Shown: positions 1 through 9,153 of the stretch, in pieces
Layout of the letters: every line of letters starts with the position of its first letter
Position numbering within the stretch: the first letter of the stretch is position 1
Assembly (NCBI GenBank): GCA_965116885.1
Contig: OZ220741.1
Coordinates: 4,224,001-4,288,000, forward strand
Reading direction: 5' to 3'
Length of the DNA stretch: 64,000 bases
Origin: Candidatus Latescibacterota bacterium
GTDB lineage: Bacteria; Latescibacterota; UBA2968
Program-made: the position numbers and the translations under genes
Notes under the pieces: model-generated
Seen by the model: the letters and a program-made list of their open reading frames with translations, nothing else
Databases searched by the model: none
Told to the model about the DNA's origin: nothing

Positions 1-464
1 TCACGCTTTATTGTGACCGTCTTGACACTATCTACATCGAACTTTCTGCTCTTGTGGTATCTGAATACGCACTTGCCAATACGCACTTTGTTACGCTCAA
101 GGAATTTGTATCCAGCCTGTTTCAGCGTATAGGACTTGTATTTGAGCTTGCTACGGAATTGTGGTGGTCGCTTATTATCTCTATCAAAGAATTTCTGATA
201 GCCAAAGTCTATACGCTCAATCACATTTTGCAATGCCTGGCTCGGCAACAGACGCCAATGTGCAAAGCGCGTTGTCCTTTTCAGCTTTGCCAAATGGTTA
301 ATCATTGTGAACTTACTCGGATACTTATTGAATCTCTGGTAGTATCGCTTATGCAAGTCAATGAAATGATTATACACACCAGCAAAGGCGTCTATATCTC
401 TATGGATATACTTATTGCGGTCACAGCGACTATACATCTTGTATTTGTATGTTAAGTATTCCAT
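1..464 (-). CDS. tnpB: IS200/IS605-family TnpB RNA-guided endonuclease, N-terminal part (truncated by window edge)
   Basis: Manual translation from ATG 464 is open to the edge: MEYLTYKYKMY...FAGVYNHFIDLHKRYYQ...LAKLKR...LPSQALQNVIERIDFGYQKFF...PPQFRSK..YKSYTLKQAGYK...VKTVTIKR. This has the TYKY, VYN, SQxLQ and P.F.S motifs typical of the TnpB N-terminus. Confidence 0.85.
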   Translation of the reverse strand, partial: MEYLTYKYKMYSRCDRNKYIHRDIDAFAGVYNHFIDLHKRYYQRFNKYPSKFTMINHLAKLKRTTRFAHWRLLPSQALQNVIERIDFGYQKFFDRDNKRPPQFRSKLKYKSYTLKQAGYKFLERNKVRIGKCVFRYHKSRKFDVDSVKTVTIKR

Positions 465-685
465 AGTATAAATATACACAAAAACAGTAACTTATGCAAG
501 TTTTGTGTGGTCTGTGAGCGGATGATTCTGATTGATGAAGTGCTGGCGCACTTGTACACCGCTCCACCGCCCATATCGCCTTGTGCGATATGCCACATGC
601 TAAAGTACCACACCATAAAGGCGAAGCCCTTCGCCATGCGACCCAACGCTAAAGCTCTCTGCGAGTGGGTCTTACGGGCTTGTTA
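1..685 (-). mobile_element. Left part of an IS200/IS605 (IS1341-like, tnpB-only) element with subterminal hairpins
   Basis: tnpB plus upstream hairpins CATATCGC-cttgt-GCGATATG (572-592), GGCGAA-gccc-TTCGCC (620-635) and ACCCA...TGGGT (641-670). No tnpA upstream. Boundary approximate. Confidence 0.6.
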
Positions 686-697
686 GAGAATTAAATC

Positions 698-1363
698 ATG
701 ACCGAAAAAGCATTGACAGAACTCAAGCGTGAAATTTTGCACAAAATAGAAAGTGCTGCGCGCAATGGTGAAATTCAAAATGTGATCTTAAATTCCAAAC
801 TGCTCGAATGTGTCGAGGGATTGTTGGCAGATTACAGAAGCATGGATAGTAAGTTTGAAGGCTTGAAGAGAAGTTTCACTCTACAATCAGATGCAGAGCT
901 TCCGTTATCCCCTCCAATTGGAAATAGTGAAAACGAAAAGAAAAACGACGAAACACTCTCAGCAAAAGCTCAGGGCCAATTACGGCGGGAAGCTTTTATC
1001 GAAATCGCCCGCAAAAAAGGAAAGGGACTCGAGCAAGTCAAGGGTGTGAGATACAGCACCGAACATGGTGACTTGCTCGGTGTTGCCAGCGCTTCGGAGA
1101 AATCACCTGGGCGTTGGGCTCTCGGGCTTCCTCCAGCCCGGTATGGCACTTTTGTTCTGTTATGTGAAGATACAAAAGGCGAAATCCATACGTTCATTGC
1201 ATCCAGAAATTTTACACAGAAATTCATAGACAAACTCAGCCGTGACTATAATGGCCAGATCAAATTAAACGTTAAAAAAACCGGCTCCAAATTTTACCTG
1301 ACCATACCGGGAAGTCACGATGAGTCGATTGTAAATCTGAAGGATCAATTTGAGAATATCTAA
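698..1363 (+). CDS. Hypothetical protein (N-terminal helical region, C-terminal alpha/beta domain)
   Basis: 221-aa ORF, directly upstream of the catabolic genes; no recognised motif. Confidence 0.6.
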   Translation: MTEKALTELKREILHKIESAARNGEIQNVILNSKLLECVEGLLADYRSMDSKFEGLKRSFTLQSDAELPLSPPIGNSENEKKNDETLSAKAQGQLRREAFIEIARKKGKGLEQVKGVRYSTEHGDLLGVASASEKSPGRWALGLPPARYGTFVLLCEDTKGEIHTFIASRNFTQKFIDKLSRDYNGQIKLNVKKTGSKFYLTIPGSHDESIVNLKDQFENI

Positions 1364-1374
1364 GGAGTCAGAAA

Positions 1375-2430
1375 ATGGAACAGGAATTTCAGGAGCGTGT
1401 CGTAAAGATAGAACCTCCAAAACGTCACTTTGTATTTCTGATTGCACCTGACGGTTCTATGCTCGGCCTTGATGAAAGTGGCGAACTCGCCTTACACGAC
1501 GAAGCCGACGATCGCGTGATCTGGGATCGCACACCAGAAGGCATAAAGCACGTGGCAACCAGTAAAGATGTATCCACCGATATCGATGAGGATGTCTGCA
1601 CATTGTCTGTCGGTTCAGACGAGATGACCTTCACTATCTATCACGGCCCTGAAAAATTGCCGTCTGAATATCTCGAACACTTAAAGCGCGAAGGCTGGGT
1701 CTGTCTGACCTGTATTCTGCCACCAGACATTTTAGAAGATATGGAACGCGTCGCCGGTACAGATCGTTACGAACACCTGGAAATGAACATCGACATACCC
1801 AGGATCTGTCAGAGTGTCTCTGTTGCCAGAGCAACCATTGAGCCCATCTCCATTTGGTTGGCCAGGCAGTATATGGGAGCCCGCGATTTACACCTCTCGC
1901 ATCCACCCGGTTTTAGAATCGAGTACCCGGATGATGGCAAAAGAAAACTGGGCGGTTGGCACTCTGATTTTCCCTATTCGGCGTCAACCGGTGGCAATGA
2001 GCCTCCCGACAGAAAGGGACCCATTAAGGCCATGCAACGCAATGTCTGTGTGTCTGACTTTACCAGGATTCGCGGTGCAACAGCATTTAAACTGGGTTCA
2101 CATCTATCAGACACACCCCCACCACCAGAGTGGAACGACACACAAGCGAGTCGCTTTCCCTATCACGGCCCTGAAGCCGATGTGATAGAAGCGCCCAGTG
2201 GTAGCGTCATCCTCTACGATGCCAGGATGTGGCATCGAGCAGGCATCAACCGCAGCCAGCAGAAAAGAGCTGCAATGCTACAATCGTTCCAAGCACCAGA
2301 TGTTCTGCCCAAGAACGACACCACAACCACGTATGAACGCCTTGTGGAGAGTCCCATTTTCAATGAACTAAATGATAGAGAACAGAAGGATATAACAGCA
2401 CTACTGACCAACAAGCCAACAATCGGTTGA
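1375..2430 (+). CDS. Phytanoyl-CoA dioxygenase (PhyH) family Fe(II)/2OG oxygenase with N-terminal extension
   Basis: WHSDFP (HxD), distal WHRAG and conserved R (QKRAA); AAGGAG RBS. Confidence 0.85.
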   Translation: MEQEFQERVVKIEPPKRHFVFLIAPDGSMLGLDESGELALHDEADDRVIWDRTPEGIKHVATSKDVSTDIDEDVCTLSVGSDEMTFTIYHGPEKLPSEYLEHLKREGWVCLTCILPPDILEDMERVAGTDRYEHLEMNIDIPRICQSVSVARATIEPISIWLARQYMGARDLHLSHPPGFRIEYPDDGKRKLGGWHSDFPYSASTGGNEPPDRKGPIKAMQRNVCVSDFTRIRGATAFKLGSHLSDTPPPPEWNDTQASRFPYHGPEADVIEAPSGSVILYDARMWHRAGINRSQQKRAAMLQSFQAPDVLPKNDTTTTYERLVESPIFNELNDREQKDITALLTNKPTIG

Positions 2431-2445
2431 TATACAGGAGTTGTA

Positions 2446-3897
2446 ATGGCCAACCAAAAACCACTGAATTTCATATTTTTTCAGCCCGACGAAATGCGAG
2501 CCGAAAGTTTGGGCTGTTACGGTCATCCATTGGTCAAAACCCCAAATTACGATCGCCTCGCAGCAGAAGGTGTTCGCTTTGATCAATGCCATGTGCAAAA
2601 CGCCCAGTGTACGCCTTCCAGAGTTTCGATGATGACGGGGCTTTATCCTCACTGTGCCGGACATCGCTCCATGTGGCATCTGATCAGGCCTCACGAACCC
2701 CATCTTTTTAAATATCTCCATGAAGCTGGCTACGACATTCACTGGTTTGGCAAAAACGATATTCTCGCGCCCGGAAGCTTGTCCTGCATCAAAGAATATT
2801 ATGAACACAAAGACGACAAAAGAAAGAACCGCTGGCAAAGTGGCGACAAAGAATTCTATAGCTTTGACTATCTCCCCCTCGACTGCGAAAGAGAAGAGAT
2901 TGCCGACTATGTGAAAGTCAAATCGGGAATCGATTTTTTGCGCAATCGCAATGACGATGACAATCCCTTCTTTTTATTTTTGCCACTTCTCCAACCCCAT
3001 CCAAGCTACACCACCCACCCTGATTTTTACGACATGTATGATCCCAAAGACATACCAGATTTGCGACCTCCAGACCTGGACAAAAAGCCAGACTTCTACA
3101 CACTCATCAGGAAATACCGTCGCCTTGATGAATTGTCAGATGCTTTCTTTCGAAAGTTGAATGCCGCTTATCTCGGCATGATCAGTTTTACCGACTGGCT
3201 TCTCGGAGAGCTGATGGCTGTTATGGAGGAGAAGGGCCTTTTTGAAAATACGGTTCTCATCGTTTCGTCTGATCACGGCGACTGGGCAGGCGACTATGGT
3301 TTGGTGGAAAAATGGCCCAGTGATTACAGCGACACACTGACGCGCGTACCGCTATTGGTCAAAGCACCCGGTAACAAAGCAGGTCATGTGGTCGAAGGCC
3401 CTGTTGAAATGTTTGACCTCCTGCCATCCGTTCTGGAACTGGCCGGTCTTTCACCCACACACACGCATTTCGCCAGGTCCTTTGTGCCTCAACTCCACGG
3501 AGAAGCAGAAGACAAAGACAGATTGGTATTCGCAGAAGGTGGCTATGAGACCCAAGAACCCCATGTGTTTGAAGGACGATGGAACTTGTGGAATAAGAAT
3601 CCCGAGCAGGATAGCATCTATTTGCCCAAAGGCAAATTGCAACAAGAAGTGCCCGAAAGTGTCTGCCGTACGACCATGATCAGGAGTTTGAATCACAAAC
3701 TTATTCGACGCACAGGCGGTCAGGACGAATTATACGATCTGGAGAATGATCCACGAGAGTTAGAAAATTTGATTGATGATCCTGGTATGCAAGAGACAAA
3801 ATCAGACCTGGAAAGTGCCATGCTCGATTGGTATATGAGAACCTCTGATACGGTTCCCGTAGGCGGAGATCCAAGAGGGTTTCCGCTTGAAAAATAG
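2446..3897 (+). CDS. Sulfatase (choline-sulfatase-like, Cys-type)
   Basis: CTPSRVSMMTG (CxPxR), PHP and SDHGD motifs, ELYDLENDPRE. Confidence 0.92.
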   Translation: MANQKPLNFIFFQPDEMRAESLGCYGHPLVKTPNYDRLAAEGVRFDQCHVQNAQCTPSRVSMMTGLYPHCAGHRSMWHLIRPHEPHLFKYLHEAGYDIHWFGKNDILAPGSLSCIKEYYEHKDDKRKNRWQSGDKEFYSFDYLPLDCEREEIADYVKVKSGIDFLRNRNDDDNPFFLFLPLLQPHPSYTTHPDFYDMYDPKDIPDLRPPDLDKKPDFYTLIRKYRRLDELSDAFFRKLNAAYLGMISFTDWLLGELMAVMEEKGLFENTVLIVSSDHGDWAGDYGLVEKWPSDYSDTLTRVPLLVKAPGNKAGHVVEGPVEMFDLLPSVLELAGLSPTHTHFARSFVPQLHGEAEDKDRLVFAEGGYETQEPHVFEGRWNLWNKNPEQDSIYLPKGKLQQEVPESVCRTTMIRSLNHKLIRRTGGQDELYDLENDPRELENLIDDPGMQETKSDLESAMLDWYMRTSDTVPVGGDPRGFPLEK

Positions 3898-3908
3898 GAA
3901 AATGAAAT

Positions 3909-6137
3909 ATGGAATCAAATTTTCGTGGCAAGATAGGCATCTCCTACAAGGATTCGGAACCAGATTGGCTTTCTCCTCCATCGTCAGACGGCGCTCCAAA
4001 CGTCCTTGTGATTCTTCTGGATGATACCGGATTCGGCAATCTGGGTTGTTATGGTTCGACCATTGAAACACCAAACATGGACGCCCTCGCAGCAAACGGG
4101 TTGCGGTACAACAATTTTCATGTCACGCCCCTGTGTTCCCCGACCCGAGCGTCGCTGTTGACAGGCCGTAACCACCATGCCGTTGGTATGTCCACCATTG
4201 TCGATGGTGGTGATGCTGGGTTTCCCAACCGACGGAGTCGCGTTAGTCGGCACGCAGCTACCCTGGCAGAGATGCTGAGCGAAGAAGGCTTCGCCACCTT
4301 TGCGCTCGGCAAATGGCATCTCAACCCCAGCACACAGAACTCGGCTGGGGGATCTCACGCCGAATGGCCATTGCAACGCGGGTTCGATCGCTTCTACGGA
4401 TTCTTACCCGGTGCAACCGATCAGTTTTATCCAGAACTGACCTATGACAACCACCCTGTATCGCCCCCAAAAACGCCTGAAGAAGGTTATCACCTCACAG
4501 AGGATCTGGTAGATCACGCCATCGAGTTTGTCAATGACCTCAAGGCCATGCGTCCCGAAACACCGTTCTTCATGTACTTTGCACCCGGTGCTATGCATAA
4601 CCCACATCAAGCACCGAAAGAATACATCGAAAAATACCGCGGTCGTTTTGACGAGGGATGGGACGTCATCCGTGAGCGCTATTTCCAAAAGCAAATCGAA
4701 CTTGGGATTATTCCCGAAGACACTCGCCTGCCACCCAGGAATCCCGGAGTACAACCGTGGGAAACACTGAGCCAGAATGAGAAAAATTTCGTGTGTCGAT
4801 TGCAAGAGACCTGGGCAGGTTTCCTTGAGCATACGGATGCACAAATCGGACGACTGATCGAACATCTGCGCGCTATTGATCAACTGGATAATACACTCCT
4901 GATACTCACCGCCGACAACGGCACCAGCCAAAACGGCGGTCCTTATGGTGTTATGAACATCGGACCCAGCCCTCTCCGAAATGCCACAAACGATGGGCAG
5001 ACTGTAGGCGGGAAAACCGGTCGCGCTTTACCAGAAGAAGACTTTGATGCCATACAGGAAAAACTGGATGACATCGGGAGCCCGCACAGCTACACCGATA
5101 TCCCCTGGGGTTGGGCTCAGGTGGGCAACACACCCTTGCCATGGTACAAGCAGGATACACATGCGGGCGGTGTACGGGTGCCGATGATTATTCATTATCC
5201 ACCATCCATAAAAGATGCTGGCGGTGTAAGGGGGCAGTTCCACTTCGTTTCAGATCTCACACCAACAATACTTGAAGTACTCAATTTACAACCTCGGTCG
5301 TGCTACCGTGGATACGATCAGATGCCTATTACGGGAACGAGCATGGCCTACACTTTTGACGACAGAGATTGCCCTACGCAAAAACCAGTTCAGTATTTTG
5401 AAATGATGGGCAACCGTGCGCTCTGGCTCGACGGCTGGATGGCCGTTACCAGACACGACCCAGACGACGATTACAATGATGACGAATGGGAATTGTATTA
5501 TCTTGATGAAGATTTCTCGCAATCCAATAACCTCGCAAAGGCCGAGCCAGATCAACTGAAAAAGCTGATCGAAAGATGGTGGGTAGAAGCCGGACGCTAT
5601 GGCGTCTTGCCTCTGCGCTCTGGGCTACCACCGCGCCCCACCACTGCGGAACCCGATTCGCTGACGTATCATTTTGTTCCGCCAATGGCTCGCATTGCAT
5701 CAAAACAATCGCCCACACTGGAACAGGGAAACTGGTCATTAACTGCCGAAGTTGAGATCCTGCCAGAAACCGAAGGCGTCATCTATGCCCAGGGAAAATC
5801 CCTCGATGGATTTTCTTTGTTCATACAGAATGGCACACTGTGCTTTGTGTATAACGCGCTGGGTCAAACAATCTCAGGTCGTTCCACAACGACGCTTCCC
5901 AATGGTCGTATTACCGTGGGCGCTGCGTTCAAACCAGCCGACGATGGCACGGGAACCATCACGCTCACGGGAGATGGCGAGACAATCGGTTCGATCCAAA
6001 TTCCAGACGCCACACGCAGGTCAAAGATGCGCGGTGTAGAAGTCGGTCGCAACCGACATTCACCCATCGCGGGCGTTTCACCTTTTGAATTCACTGGCGT
6101 TATCCATTTTGTAGATATATGCGTAGAACTCAGGTGA
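3909..6137 (+). CDS. Arylsulfatase (long AtsA/AtsD-like) with C-terminal beta-sandwich domain
   Basis: LLDDTG, CSPTRASLLTG, GKWHL, GFDRFYGF, ADNG motifs. Confidence 0.93.
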   Translation: MESNFRGKIGISYKDSEPDWLSPPSSDGAPNVLVILLDDTGFGNLGCYGSTIETPNMDALAANGLRYNNFHVTPLCSPTRASLLTGRNHHAVGMSTIVDGGDAGFPNRRSRVSRHAATLAEMLSEEGFATFALGKWHLNPSTQNSAGGSHAEWPLQRGFDRFYGFLPGATDQFYPELTYDNHPVSPPKTPEEGYHLTEDLVDHAIEFVNDLKAMRPETPFFMYFAPGAMHNPHQAPKEYIEKYRGRFDEGWDVIRERYFQKQIELGIIPEDTRLPPRNPGVQPWETLSQNEKNFVCRLQETWAGFLEHTDAQIGRLIEHLRAIDQLDNTLLILTADNGTSQNGGPYGVMNIGPSPLRNATNDGQTVGGKTGRALPEEDFDAIQEKLDDIGSPHSYTDIPWGWAQVGNTPLPWYKQDTHAGGVRVPMIIHYPPSIKDAGGVRGQFHFVSDLTPTILEVLNLQPRSCYRGYDQMPITGTSMAYTFDDRDCPTQKPVQYFEMMGNRALWLDGWMAVTRHDPDDDYNDDEWELYYLDEDFSQSNNLAKAEPDQLKKLIERWWVEAGRYGVLPLRSGLPPRPTTAEPDSLTYHFVPPMARIASKQSPTLEQGNWSLTAEVEILPETEGVIYAQGKSLDGFSLFIQNGTLCFVYNALGQTISGRSTTTLPNGRITVGAAFKPADDGTGTITLTGDGETIGSIQIPDATRRSKMRGVEVGRNRHSPIAGVSPFEFTGVIHFVDICVELR

Positions 6138-6159
6138 GGAACTAATCGGGGAATGATAT

Positions 6160-8403
6160 ATGGAACATGACAGGCATTTCAATGGGACCATCGGTCGGAC
6201 CTTTGAAGACTCAACTGCATCATGGATCACGAAACCGACTGAGTTAAAACAGTCGCCCAACATCGTGATGATTGTGTTAGACGATGTCGGGTATTCACAA
6301 TTGGGCTGTTATGGTTCTGACATTGATACACCTGCGCTGGACAGTTTGGCAAAAGATGGCTTGCGATATGCCAATTTCCATGTAACCCCACTGTGTTCCC
6401 CTACCCGCACTTGCTTGTTGACGGGTCGAAACCATCATAGTGTCGGTATGGGCCGCGTGACTGAGATGAACAACGGCTTTCCCAATACACGCGGTTTTAT
6501 TTCCAAAGAAGCCGCCAATCTGGCTGAACTATTGCGACCCCATGGCTATCAGACCCTCGCCGCAGGCAAATGGCACTTGAATGCCATCGATGACACGAGT
6601 CCGGCAGGGTCCTATGATCACTGGCCTTTACAACGTGGCTTTGACCGCTTCTATGGTTTCCTGGCTGGCGAGACCAACCAGTGGCATCCCGAACTCGTCA
6701 TGGGCAACGAGCGCATTGAACAGCCACCCACCGAGGACTATCACCTGTCGGAAGATATCGTCGACCAATCTTGCAAATGGCTTCGGCAGTTGGTTTCGGC
6801 AGACCCCGACAAACCCTTCTTTCTGTACCTGGCATTTGCGGCTGGTCATTCACCCCACCACGTGCCACGAGAATTTGCAGACAAATACAAAGGTCGGTTT
6901 GACGATGGCTGGGATGTTGCGCGTGACAAAACCCTAATTCGCCAGAAAGCATCCGGTCTGTTGCCTGATGATCAACGTCTCGCCTCGCGGAATGATGGTG
7001 TACAACCCTGGGACGAACTGAGCGCAGATGAGCAACGCCTTGCATCCAGGTTCGAGGAAGTCTTCGCTGGCTTCATGGAACACACCGATGCTCAAATCGC
7101 CTGTTTGCTTGCCCAGTTGGATGCACTCGGTAAACGCGACGACACCATTGTGATCGCCCTTTCTGACAATGGCGCAGCATCTCTGGGTGGTCCTCATGGT
7201 AGCTACCATCATCTGCGTTCTCGCATAGGAGATCCACCCACAGTTGAGGAAAATCTCGCCCACATTGATGACCTCGGCGGTCCTCTAAGCTATCCCATTT
7301 ATCCTTCCGGCTGGGCGATGGCGGGCAACACGCCGTTCAAACGCTATAAAGGGAATACCTATGCAGGCGGTGTCCGCGCACCGCTGCTCATCCGTTGGCC
7401 AGCGGGTATCCAGGCCAAAGGCGAAACGCGGCGACAGTTTTATCATGTGGTGGATATAACCCCGACCCTGTTAGACCTTCTGGGGCTGGATCTGCCCAAT
7501 CAGGTGAATGGCATAGAACAAATCCCTTTGCATGGTACGTCGATGGCTCACACACTGAATGACAATACGGCGGATACCCGAAAAAAAATCCAGTATTTCG
7601 AAACGACTGGTCAAAGAGCGATCTGGCACGAAGGCTGGAAAGCCGTGACCTTCCACACCAGAGGCACCGACTTCGATACAGACGAATGGGAGCTTTATCA
7701 TTTGGATCAGGACCTGGCCGAGATAGACAACCTGGCAGATCAGCACCCTGAAAAATTAAGAGAAATGATCGACCTCTGGTGGCGTGAAGCGGAGCAATAC
7801 GGCGTCTTACCTCTGGATGATATAGGTGGCAGAAATGGTGTGGGCTGGTGGCCTGAACCCAAGGATCGCTGGGTATTATACCAGGATGCGGTACTGCCCC
7901 ACCATTTTAAATCCGGCCCAAGAGTGCTCGGTCTCTCACATCGCATTACCGCACGCATTGAACGTAAATCAACGGACGTCGAAGGTACTATTGTCGCCGA
8001 TGGTGGTCGATTTGGTGGCTGGAGCTTATTCATCCACGACAATCGCCTGCACTATACAAACAACCACTCCGGCGATCAAAAACGCATCTCTTCATCAGTG
8101 ACAATTCCACCGGGCAATGTAACACTTCGTCTTGATGTGGTGAAAACCGGAGAAGATGAAGGGCATGCACGTTTCTTCGTAAATGACCAGCCTGCGGGCG
8201 AAGGTCTTACATCACCATTTCGCCAATATAACTTTGTCAACGAACCCTTTGAAGTGGGGCGAGATAGCCAGACACCCGTTGACGATCACTACAACGCCCC
8301 GTTTGTATTCTCAGGCCAAATCGTCAATGTGGTGATCGAGGCCGTAGGTGAAGAGATCGCGGATCAAAATACCCTGCTTGAAGAACTGATGAGTAGTCAA
8401 TAG
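6160..8403 (+). CDS. Arylsulfatase, paralog of 3909..6137
   Basis: VLDDVG, CSPTRTCLLTG, GKWHL, SDNGA; colinear with the upstream paralog. Confidence 0.93.
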   Translation: MEHDRHFNGTIGRTFEDSTASWITKPTELKQSPNIVMIVLDDVGYSQLGCYGSDIDTPALDSLAKDGLRYANFHVTPLCSPTRTCLLTGRNHHSVGMGRVTEMNNGFPNTRGFISKEAANLAELLRPHGYQTLAAGKWHLNAIDDTSPAGSYDHWPLQRGFDRFYGFLAGETNQWHPELVMGNERIEQPPTEDYHLSEDIVDQSCKWLRQLVSADPDKPFFLYLAFAAGHSPHHVPREFADKYKGRFDDGWDVARDKTLIRQKASGLLPDDQRLASRNDGVQPWDELSADEQRLASRFEEVFAGFMEHTDAQIACLLAQLDALGKRDDTIVIALSDNGAASLGGPHGSYHHLRSRIGDPPTVEENLAHIDDLGGPLSYPIYPSGWAMAGNTPFKRYKGNTYAGGVRAPLLIRWPAGIQAKGETRRQFYHVVDITPTLLDLLGLDLPNQVNGIEQIPLHGTSMAHTLNDNTADTRKKIQYFETTGQRAIWHEGWKAVTFHTRGTDFDTDEWELYHLDQDLAEIDNLADQHPEKLREMIDLWWREAEQYGVLPLDDIGGRNGVGWWPEPKDRWVLYQDAVLPHHFKSGPRVLGLSHRITARIERKSTDVEGTIVADGGRFGGWSLFIHDNRLHYTNNHSGDQKRISSSVTIPPGNVTLRLDVVKTGEDEGHARFFVNDQPAGEGLTSPFRQYNFVNEPFEVGRDSQTPVDDHYNAPFVFSGQIVNVVIEAVGEEIADQNTLLEELMSSQ

Positions 8404-8466
8404 GAGCACGCAAAACATGAACACAGAATCAAATGTCTGTAACCTATGACGAGAAACGAGGATTGA

Positions 8467-9141
8467 ATGATCTATACCATCCGCACATTTCACGTTCACC
8501 GCAAAGACTACGCCGAATTTGTTCGCTTTAGCGAAGAACAGATCTGGCCAGCCATCGAAAAAAAAGGAGCGCGTGCACTCGGCCTCTGGGTCGTTGCCAT
8601 AGGTGGCCCCGAACGCATCTTTCTCATGACGCGATACGAAAGCCATGGTCATTGGGAAGAAACCCGAAACTGGGACAATCTCGCCAATGAAGGCAGTGGA
8701 CGTGCCGCACTCGTACACGAAACCGAATGTATTTCCCTCTTGCCCCTCACGCAAAGACAGCCCGATAGCGACGCCCCCGAAAAAGAGCCTGGTATTTATA
8801 CGCTGCGCTCATTCAAAGTTGCACCCACCGACGTTTCGCGTTTTGTTGACCTATCAGAAAATCAGTGGTGGCCCTGGGTCACCCGAGGCGAAGGTGTGCG
8901 CCCCATTGGCCAATGGATAACCAAATCAGCACCCGAAGACCGCATCTACATGATGACGCGATACGACAGCCTGTATCATTGGGAAGGCCATCACAGCAAT
9001 GTCGGCACCATCGCACAACCCGATGATCCCGAAATGGGCAAAGTCTGGGAAATCGGCCAAAAAGCCATTCAAGAGCGCAAAAAAATCACCATCGATACCA
9101 ACGTCAAAGTTCTGCGTCCCATCACCAGCAGAAGACCATAA
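8467..9141 (+). CDS. Tandem NIPSNAP-family (dimeric alpha/beta barrel) protein
   Basis: Two internal repeats: IYT(I/L)R.F....W......G.W......RI..MTRY.S..HWE. Confidence 0.75.
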   Translation: MIYTIRTFHVHRKDYAEFVRFSEEQIWPAIEKKGARALGLWVVAIGGPERIFLMTRYESHGHWEETRNWDNLANEGSGRAALVHETECISLLPLTQRQPDSDAPEKEPGIYTLRSFKVAPTDVSRFVDLSENQWWPWVTRGEGVRPIGQWITKSAPEDRIYMMTRYDSLYHWEGHHSNVGTIAQPDDPEMGKVWEIGQKAIQERKKITIDTNVKVLRPITSRRP

Positions 9142-9153
9142 AAGGAGACCCCA

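Noticed and set aside
54..455. Plus-strand 133-aa ORF
   Set aside because: Antisense shadow of the tnpB frame; no recognisable motifs.
1..690. TnpB as a Cas12/CRISPR locus
   Set aside because: No repeat-spacer array or cas genes nearby; context is IS-like hairpins.
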